From the NCBI GenBank assembly GCA_965649765.1, contig OZ287755.1:67518001-67582000 (forward strand): DNA of 64,000 bases. Reading direction: 5' to 3'. Positions 55,201 through 64,000 of this stretch are shown in pieces (position 1 is the stretch's first letter; every line of letters begins with the position of its first letter). The notes beneath the pieces are model-generated. The model searched no databases. It worked only from the letters and a program-made list of their open reading frames with translations, and was not told the DNA's origin. Both the position numbers and the translations under genes were made by a program. Source of the stretch: Bispira polyomma. Taxonomy: Eukaryota.

Positions 55201-57282
55201 CTGACGATTACTGGCATGGACGACCCACAGTGGTGAAATAGAATTACTCACAAATGGGTGACAATAGCCGAAAACAGATGGAAGAATTACAGTACTGATA
55301 TGGAAATAAACAGAAACAGTCGGAAACAGGAGGACATATGTTACAGTAGTGATAAAGCAATTCTCATAAACTGGCATTTGTCTGCCCAGTACCACCTTGG
55401 TGAGGCACAAGTTTAGACCACACCCAAAACTTCTGTCTCGGACGGCTGACTCCAGTAGGTTAGGGAAGAAATCTAAACTTAGGGGAAGTTCTTGACCAAG
55501 TTTTCTGTCCTCGCCGATGCTTGAATTTTTACTGATGTACGAACGGTGAGGGACAGGTTACCATAAGCCAAACTTTACAAATCTGACACAGCAGTTTACT
55601 ATATACTATACAACGGGAAATAACGTTAATATTTCTAAATAGCGATATTCAATTAATCAAGTACTTATAGGTTAGCTATAAATTATAATATTGTGTATAG
55701 CTATTGTATTTATCAATATATAACCACAGAACAAATAAAATTTCTTGATATTTCTTGGCTTATAGGTGCGGCGTCAGATTTGTTGACTTTTGCTTATGGT
55801 AAACACTCTATCCCTTGCCGTGCATACGTCAGTTTATCAAAGCAGTGTCGAGGACATAAAACTAAGTCTAGGGAAGTTCAAGATAGGGTCCACCATTCTA
55901 CGAAGCAATTTTCGTAAGTTCTCCAACGACTAATGCAGACCCTCTTAATGAGCATGACACATTACCTACAAGGCCACAGTTGAACATATGTATATTTCCT
56001 AAGCCCCTGTCTTCCCCCCACTCCACCCCCCACCCCACCCCCTATCAAATAGTTTCTACCTCCTACTTTTAATTTAATTTTTTGTTATCAAAAAGGCGGG
56101 GAGTTTTACAAGGAGTTTTCAGATAGAAAGATCAAACCCTTCTGTTAAATGGTTAAGTTGACCTAATTCTCTGTAACAGCCTCATTTATAACTAATTGTT
56201 TTTCCTTGTATTATTTACATTGATTTATGACTAGGTTTTCCAAGCCCTTCTTCTCCCCTTAGAGTTAAAACGACTGGTTCCTGGAATGGTTAAGTCATTA
56301 TTCCTGTCTTTGTAGCTTTTACCGGCTGTACATTTTTTTCAGCATGATTTCTGAACGTCACATTTATACCTTTCTTTAATTTGGTTTTAGTTCTAAATTT
56401 TCTTTTAATGATTTTTGGAAAAAATTTGTGGAATGTTTTACAAATGTTAACTGAGGTCACATGATTAATTGTATAATATCAATGTTAATCATATGTATAC
56501 ACTACATAAGACATTTTCTACATTTAGAACATATTCTAACATAACACGGCTATGTCAGTTACTCTTGTTGGCCGAAAGCTTCAGTAAAATTCACATCTAC
56601 ACATGAGCCATTTTCGCCAGTAGGATTGCTGTCCAATTAAAATTGTTCCTTTGGTAACATATAATATTTCACTGAATACAGTAGAATTCACGTAAATATT
56701 TAATTTGGCATGTTACAATAGGAATAACAATTAAGAAACCATAATATACGCTAATTTTTAGCACAATTGGAGGCGTAGTAAGAGTATTTAAAGAACTGGA
56801 AGTGTGCATCAAATGGAAATCCCGACATTATAAAGGATAATTATGGACTGCAAGACAGCGGAACTTGTAAAGCCTGAATGTAAAAACAAAAATTCTTTAT
56901 TAATAATAGAGTGAAATTCAACGAAATACAATGTACCAAAGTACATTGATGAAGCTTCTACTTGCTAGACAAATAATGGGCCATACTGCCCATTGAAAGT
57001 GCTAATTTTTAGACATTATGTTTTGGCACATGTCTACTGTTTAAAATCCGCGAAAATAAAGGAAACCAGTCCTGCTACAAGGATCAGACTATACACAGTG
57101 AATAAACTTGGTTGGTTCCCACCATTCTAGCCAAGGCTACCACCGAATGTATCAGATTTTCAAATTGTTCAACCAGTGGTGAACCACTGGCAGCATTGTT
57201 TATGCCAGTTAGTAAACCTTTGATCAATCAAATATAAACAACATCTTCCGCTTACATTCAGTGATAGCAACAGGTACCAATC

Positions 57283-57437
57283 CAGTTGCCAAGTTGGGTG
57301 AAATTGTAAGTTGTGAGGTGACCTTGAGAGGTAAACTACAGGATACCATTTGGAGAATCTATGTTTACATAAGTTAGTGTGTGTGTACAGAGTGTAAAAG
57401 CAGGTTAAAATTTTTAGGGTAAATATAAATGTACCCA
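57283..57437 (-). repeat. Ngaro terminal repeat B2
   Basis: Direct repeat of 58230-58389 (cagttgccaagttgggtg...aaatgtaccca). Confidence 0.92.
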
Positions 57438-57702
57438 TACTATCACAACAAGTGTAAAACCCACATATGTGGACAAAGTTAACATAAGAGAACACTAAGA
57501 TAATGAAAGAAACAGTAAAATAGTAATGGGACTAGCTCAACATGCCAATTAAGTGATAAGTAGCAATACCTTTAAAGCAGATACTATAACCATATATTCA
57601 ACCATCTGGTATAATACACTACTATTATTCAAAAACACAATCATTGGCGTTATTCATCCTGATATTCACAGTGTTAATTAGCGCAGCATTGGAACCCAAA
57701 AC

Positions 57703-57835
57703 CTGTAGCACCTAATCGCCTGGCAGAGAGGGGATTCTGTCCCACAGCGCTTCTATTCAACCCTGAGTCCCCACAGGGAAAAGATTGAAGGGCAGAATCC
57801 CATCTCCACACGGTCGGGGGGTCAAATACTACCAG
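57703..57835 (-). ncRNA. Candidate structured RNA element in the A2-B2 spacer
   Basis: Nested helices; the outer 11-bp helix pairs fully only on the minus strand, using 4 G-U pairs. Confidence 0.5.
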
Positions 57836-58013
57836 AGCACGAGTTACCGATACTCTACCACTACAACTATCGCAAATGCAAAGTTACATGCACCTGAGAT
57901 GCCAAGTATGATATCAATGCATTTGACTATGTCAAACGCAGTAAAATGTTGAAAAGTAAGTATAAGCTAACGCCAGTTTTAATGCTGGAGGAAGAAATGG
58001 GGATGGGGGTGGG

Positions 58014-58389
58014 AATTGTCATAAAATGGGTGTTTACCTTTGGAATATTTTTTCAAAAATAGAGAATGTGTGAGGGAGTGCACACGCTAATTCAGGGGGG
58101 TCTGTTCACTAATTGGATACATAATTAATTAGGGATGGAAAATTTTCTGAAACAAGAATAGTTTTACAAAAATGAATTTGGACAGGAGGGCAACTGAGGC
58201 AGCAGTCCCCTAAAGTGGACTGCTGGGCACAGTTGCCAAGTTGGGTGAAATTGTAAGTTGTGAGGTGACCTTGAGAGGTGAACTACAGGATACGATTTGG
58301 AGAATTTATTTATGTACATAAGTTAGTATGTATGTACAGAGTGTAAAAGCAGGTTAAAATTTTTAGGGTAGAAATTTTAAATGTACCCA
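58014..58389 (-). repeat. Ngaro internal B1-A2 repeat block (circle-junction equivalent at 58229/58230)
   Basis: B1 58230-58389 directly abuts A2 58014-58229. Confidence 0.92.
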
Positions 58390-58396
58390 AACCCAA

Positions 58397-59374
58397 TCAA
58401 ATAGAGGAAGGGATGATGGAGGAAAAAGTAGCAGGAATGACAGAAGCTGCCTGGGAGGTAGATTGCAAGTAGGTCCATACAGCTGAGCTGCGCCATAAAC
58501 CGTGTGACATAATATTTTGAAGGGAAACATTATTATTGAAAGCTAAAGTAGCGCCAGATCTATGGAAAGTGTGAAATCCATGAATTTTGTGATCTATGCC
58601 AATATGTTGTAAAATGTTCCTGAGAACTGTCCTGATGTGTGAGTCTATAATAGGATGGTGAGGGGATACTGCTGTAACAAATAACGGGTAGTGTTTTGGG
58701 AGTTTCCTTGATTCCACAAGTAGTGTGAGTGCTGTTACTGGACACAGCAAAGGAGTATCAATCTTTGGAACCTGAATTACGTGTGAGGAGGACCTATCTT
58801 GCATGTTTTTGGCCCACTTGAGAATTATGTGTGATCCAGGTGGGCCAAAAACCACATCCTGTCTAAGGAGGTGTCTAGTGGAGTAAAATTTTAGTCTAGA
58901 GTGAGGTGCAATATTTTACATTCGTAAAAAAACCATAGAAGGCTAAAAGGAAGATGGCCCTGTAAAGCTGAGGATCTGAAGAAATGCTACAAGCCTGTGA
59001 TATTTTTAGTAGTTGTTTGATCTGAAAGACCCCTTTGACTGCAGGTCTAAAGGAAGAATTCAAAGCACGACTACGTGTGAAGAGTGATATAGAGTTGTGC
59101 TGGAATACTATTGTATCCAAGTGGTATTTTGCAGACATGAATTTCAGTGCTGAGATGTAGTTATTTATCACTTTTGGTGAAATATTATTTTGAGCTAAAT
59201 ATTCCAGAAAAGCCAGAATAGAATGTACAGTGATGTTTCGAATTGCAGCATATTGCAAGAAAGCAAGAAATGTTCTAAATTGACTAACATAAGCTGAGGT
59301 AGTTGAAGGTCTCAGAGCTGCATTGATTCTTGAGATGGCTGCTAACCCCAGCTATTGTGATGAAGCAGTAGCAC
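58397..59374 (-). pseudogene. Tyrosine recombinase (YR) of the Ngaro element, disrupted
   Basis: LRPSTTSAY, FLLAFYGF(L)RM*NI with a +1 frameshift in a T run, KWAK, LCPV, HTFHRSGAT (HxxR Arg appears as His), HGLWRSSAVWTY. Confidence 0.9.
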
Positions 59375-59380
59375 CTGAAA

Positions 59381-61297
59381 TCATATGTTATAATCAAGGT
59401 TAAAGAATTTTAAAGGAACAGGTTTACAAGTGTAGTCACTGAGAGATTGCATGATTTCTGCTCTAGGTGGGTTGTTTGAATATATACGCGAAAGTGCGTC
59501 TGCATATATATTCTCCTTGCCCCTAATATGCTGTATTCTAAGAGTTATGTCCAGTGTGGAAGTGATAAGCCAAATATTTCTTATACATGTAGCGAGGAAG
59601 GCATCCCTCGTTTTACCTGTCTGTACGACCAAAACCACGGCCATGTTATCGTAGTTAAATAATACCTTTTGGTGAACCCAATCCCTACCCCACACTTTCA
59701 AAGCAATAACGATGTTAAGCATCTCTAACTGAGTTATGGCCAAATCTTGTTGATATATATTATGAACAGGGGTATCGTAAACTTCAGAACCCCAGATAGC
59801 TCCAAGTCCAGAAAGGCAAGCATCAAGGTGTAATTCCTGTCCTGACTTAATGCCCACTGGGTCAATATATGTGATTCCGTTGTAAGATACTAGAAAATGT
59901 ATAAACCAATCTAGGTCCATTTTGATGTTGTCTGTGACCTTGAACCTTTTGGCGTTAGGTGAAGCTCTGAATACCGATAAGAGTCTATTAATAAAAAACC
60001 TAGCTGGTTTCACACATTTGTGAACGTACAGTAAACTGCCTAAAATTGATTGAAATCTGCTACATGAAAGCCATGACTTGCTCCTTGCCTCGACGTAGAT
60101 GTTATAAATTTGTGTAATTTTTTCAGGGGTAATACTAATAGTTCCAGCTGAAATGTCAGTATCTATTCCCAAGTAAGTTACACGTGTGTCAGGGGAGCTG
60201 ACCTTGTCCTGATTCATTTGGAGACCTAAGTTGTAAAGTAAACTACAGAGAATATCAAATCCCCTGCTGGCATCAGCTATAGAACAGACGCAAATGTAGT
60301 CGTCGATATAGCAGTATAAGTTGAAACCTAAAGTGGCCATATGGTCAGAAATTATGTCCAAACAACGCTGAAAGGCTGTGCTTCCATGAGCCCAGCCGAA
60401 TGCGACCGCCGTGTCCATAAAGTAGCTATTACCATGTTTTATGCCTAATTTTAAGCTGTCTACTGGGTCTACCCTTAAGTTTCCAACGTCGACCTTAAAC
60501 ATAACTGGATCAAGTGTAGACCTAATACTGTCAGTAATGTGATCTATATTTGGAAATTTTAGCATAAATTTTGTCTTGTCAAAATTTTCCCTATTAACGT
60601 TGTCATTAACTGATTGACCTTTGGGGTATAACAAATTAAGTATAACTCGCCGTTCATTTAAGTCTTTTGGCCTAGTAAGTAAAGGTGAGCAGTAAAAGTG
60701 TGAGTCGGGGCCTCGAACTGGGCCTAACATGGCTCCCTTCTGCTGTTCTTTCTTAAGATATTCTACAATTGCTTCTGTGTACTGTAAAGCAGAGTGGTGA
60801 TTAATTACCTCTTTACACTGAAGCTGATCTGGGTTGTCAAGTGAAAGAGGAAACCCGAATTTTAAGTACTGAGTAATAACCTTGTCAGGGTGATCTCTGG
60901 TTATTCTCTCCCAGGCGTCTATGTTTAATTGAGATTTTATTGGAATTCAAGCTTGTTTATAATTTGGGACTCCCGTGTCCCTAATAATCTTTGCAACTTT
61001 GCACATCTGAGTAATATCAACAATATCGACCGAATCCCTGTCAGGTTCGATGAAGTTGAATTGTTGTTCAGCAAGTTTAATAAAACCAATGTGTTTAGAG
61101 CTGTCTGAGATATCAGTAAAGTCCTTAGTTTTCGTAGAAGAAAAGATTGCTGTATCAACGTTGTCCAACCCCTCCACAAAGTGAACGTTGTAATCACGGA
61201 CGGAGTTGTTACTCACCTTTGCATTCTCATAGCTGTTTAGTTTATTATCACATACATTTAATTTTGTTTTACATATTTTGACATTATCCTGCATCAC
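59381..61297 (-). pseudogene. RT/RNase H (pol) of the Ngaro element; 59381-60730 is an open 449-aa frame
   Basis: RVILNL, KVDVGNLRVDP (ARAFR lost relative to the 38-40k element), FGWAHG, CYIDDY, YLGI; RNase H LDAC, LEM, DNM, ADALSR; upstream in-frame TGA at ~60947. Confidence 0.92.
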
Positions 61298-61834
61298 GAT
61301 TTCATCAAAAATATCATGAATAAATTCAGTATAATCATAACCTATACTTTCCCAACATATCAGGTCTCTTTTGTAGTTTAAATAAGTATTTTTTGCCTCT
61401 TACTTCGTACTTCCAATACTGAATATGTACACACACTGTGCCTTTTATGCACTGACATTTGCACTGTTTGGTTTCCAATTACCCTAATAGGGAAACTTGG
61501 CAATTGCCAATGTGATTGTAAGTGTAAGTTCTAGTACTGCTGTCAAATGAAATATAACAAAAACCTGACATGTCTTTAAAGTTAGGGAATTTTAAATATA
61601 CTACTGGATAATTCTGACTGTCCCTAAGCACGTGATAAGTACAATCAATTACTGCCACTTCATATGTAGCAACCAACACTTCATCATGAATTGCAATACA
61701 AGAATCGTCCTTTCCAGCAAGTTTATTCCCCTGCCAATAATGGTGCAATAACCCGTTGTCACAGGTTTGGTTATGAGAATCAAAATGCACTCCTGTAGTG
61801 TCATTTATCATGGCAGTGACAGGATTGGCATCTA

Positions 61835-62857
61835 TTATGACACATTAAACTGATATACTTTAGTTTCACCACTACTACTATTACAAACACTACTCTCTCT
61901 GATTGTTCGTTTATTTGGTCGTACAGGTGATCCCCAACTGGTAGATGACTTGACATCGGTTGCATGTTTTACAGAATTGGCCTTAACACACTTGAATTCC
62001 GGATGAGTACTATCTTTGTTTAGTACGCGATGACAATGACTGCAAATATGCCTGTACTGGCTGTGATCATTTTCATGTGAACATGTACCATTATTGTAAT
62101 ATTTGCAGACTGTTTTTGGTTTCTGTGATGACTGTATTACCTGAGAATTAGCGAGCACTAGCTGAGAAGTGCTAAGCCTGTTTAGGGCCCATTGGGGGAG
62201 AGATAGCTCGTCATACTGGGGACGCTTTCGTGCCGTTCCACCGAGCCAGCCTTCATTGGCCCAGCGAGACTGAGGGTCAGCACTGCAAATATCAGTGGTA
62301 TTAAATCTGCCGGATTTCTGCCGCAAGGATGGCTTACCTTGAGATAAGTCCTGGTGGATTTGTACATCATAGGCAGCCAGTCTCTAGTTAACCGCTGCTG
62401 TTACTTCGGGTATCGACTTAAGGACGTCAGGTCGGGGTATAATAGCATCCCGTTGGTAGTCTGTATGCGTCATCACCGGAGGGATTCCGGGCAATTGTTG
62501 AGTAAAAGCCTGAGGTTGAAGTAAAGCCGAGGTCCGTGGCTGTAGACCCAGATCCAGAATTGTGTCGTTTCTAGCCGGGTAGTGGGGTGAGTTCAGTGGT
62601 GTGGAGTTGCGTGACCCCCTTGTTTCGACCTCATCTAGCCACTTGGTTATAGAAGCATTCGCTGACTCGAGTTTCCGGAGTATATTCATTACCTCAAACA
62701 TATCGCCTGACCTGGTAGCCTCCACTTCTGATAACGGAACATTCAAGTTCTTTACCACCGAATCGGATGATTTTGTTATTGCCTTACGTGTACCTGCAGA
62801 TGTCTTCTTCTTTAAAGGCACACTACTTGGCGTTTTGGTTTGCTTTGTCCTTCCCAT
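61835..62857 (-). pseudogene. gag-like ORF of the Ngaro element with CCCH-type finger
   Basis: ORFs 62384-62857 and 61835-62326 are one frame split by a TAG (62384-62386; CAA in the sister element); CKYYNNGTCSHENDH...HICSHC...HPEFKC. Confidence 0.87.
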
Positions 62858-62939
62858 AGTGTATATCGAGGACTAGAATACTTAAAACTCACATAAAAAC
62901 AAATAAAACTTAAATATCACAGTAGATTGAATTAATGTA

Positions 62940-63155
62940 AATTTTCATAAAATGGGTGTTTACCCTGGGAATATCTTTTCCAAAATGGACAATGTGTGAG
63001 GGAGTGCACACGCTAATTCAGGGGGGTCTGTTCACTAATTGGATATATAATTAATTAAGGATGAAAAATTTTCTGAAACAAGAATAGTTTTACAAAAGTG
63101 AACTTGGACAGGAGGGCAACTGAGGCAGCAGTCCCCTAAAGTGGACTGCTGGGCA
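62940..63155 (-). repeat. Ngaro terminal repeat A1
   Basis: Direct repeat of 58014-58229. Confidence 0.92.
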
Positions 63156-63599
63156 GACTTCAGCCAATTACTCTTCATATGGAGACACCTGCAATCACGT
63201 GACACCTACAATTGTTTTTGTTTATAAGCACCAGCTTATAAGTCATTACAGATGCCATAGATACAAAGAAGCTTGATATATCTCTCATTGAAGGTTAGTT
63301 ACCGCAGTGGTTAATTAGGAAATATAGATGTGAGGTAAAATATAAATGTTTCTCCCATTTATTTGACCTTGGAAGTTTCTGTATTGTGTAAACAACAGAT
63401 TTAACCCGGTTATCATGGATTTTGAGATTAATAGTCCAGTACACTAACAGTTGAGCTGAATGGGGCTGAATGTTCCTTCTATGTGACCTCCAAATGCCAT
63501 AACATCCTAATCAAAGGCAAAATTCCTAACTTGAGGAGCATAGCTAAAGATTGTCAACAATAATATTAACTATCAGCCAAAGGGACAAGACGGCTATAT

Positions 63600-63780
63600 T
63601 GGAAGGTTTAGTTCTGAAAACAATGAGATTTAATATGGTTTCTAAAAGAGGAAATGCTCTTTGCTGCCCTGATGTTGAGTGGGAGATTATTCCAGGGAGA
63701 AGATTGAAGCACCTGACAATCTGTAGATAAGGTATTGTGATATGCCTTATCCTGGTACCTTATATGAGACCAACATTGTC
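63600..63780 (-). mobile_element. L2/CR1 3' fragment
   Basis: PWNNLPLNIRAAKSISSFRNHIKSHCF. Confidence 0.72.
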
Positions 63781-64000
63781 CATTTCTTGTATTCATATTA
63801 TCTCAATCAATTTGATTTGCTAAATAGATTGTATCAAAGAATTTGTCTGAGACTGAGAAAATTCTAAGAAGTACTCGTGGCAACTATAATTACACTCCAA
63901 GGACTACCCTCTTTTGCTTTCATCTACTAATAAACCAGCTGTGCCAATATGATTCACAAAAGTTTGGAAATGGTGATAGAAATTGCAAAACAAATCTCCA

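Larger units (their letters stand above)
57283..63155 (-). mobile_element. Near-complete Ngaro-type tyrosine-recombinase retrotransposon with split direct repeats (A1-gag-pol-YR-B1-A2-spacer-B2); inactivated
   Basis: A1 62940-63155 = A2 58014-58229; B1 58230-58389 = B2 57283-57437. Gene order gag, RT/RNase H, YR. No methyltransferase domain after RNase H, which favours Ngaro over DIRS1/PAT. Confidence 0.92.

Noticed and set aside
57703-57835. Known ribozyme (hammerhead, hairpin, twister, HDV)
   Set aside because: No CUGAUGA/GAAA core; an AGAA is present but the hairpin-ribozyme helix 2 and GUC site do not fit; the twister and HDV patterns are incomplete.
57283-63155. DIRS1-type or LTR element, or an active copy
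   Set aside because: The repeats are split direct, not inverted or LTR; there is no methyltransferase or DDE integrase; gag, pol and YR carry stops, a frameshift and an altered HxxR motif.

Overview
AT-rich animal genomic DNA; the SINE, L2, Tx1 and Ngaro repertoire suggests a marine invertebrate such as a bivalve mollusc (inference). I found no intact host gene. About 54.6 kb is a tandem array of a ~23-kb unit: copy A ~1-22.6k, copy B ~22.6-46.1k, and a partial, more diverged copy C ~46.1-54.6k. The unit is dense with decayed exon-like segments on both strands, including a phase-compatible exon chain with a SET-like GLFAKxxIKxGE motif, and it carries copy-specific SINE, L2, RTE-X/CR1-like, Tx1 and Ngaro insertions. 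The right end holds a near-complete but inactivated Ngaro-type tyrosine-recombinase retrotransposon (57283-63155, minus) with A1-gag-RT/RH-YR-B1-A2-spacer-B2 split direct repeats. Two further Ngaro fragments lie at 5.1-5.9k and 38.2-40.8k. The most interesting signals are in these elements: (i) a phase-1 splice donor inside gag, conserved in two diverged elements, matching a phase-1 acceptor just after the pol stop and predicting a spliced Gag-YR fusion; (ii) a nested inverted repeat that is complete only at the B/A (circle-type) junction; (iii) a ~133-nt G-U-rich multi-helix structure in the A2-B2 spacer. All coordinates were read by eye; no alignments or database searches were run.
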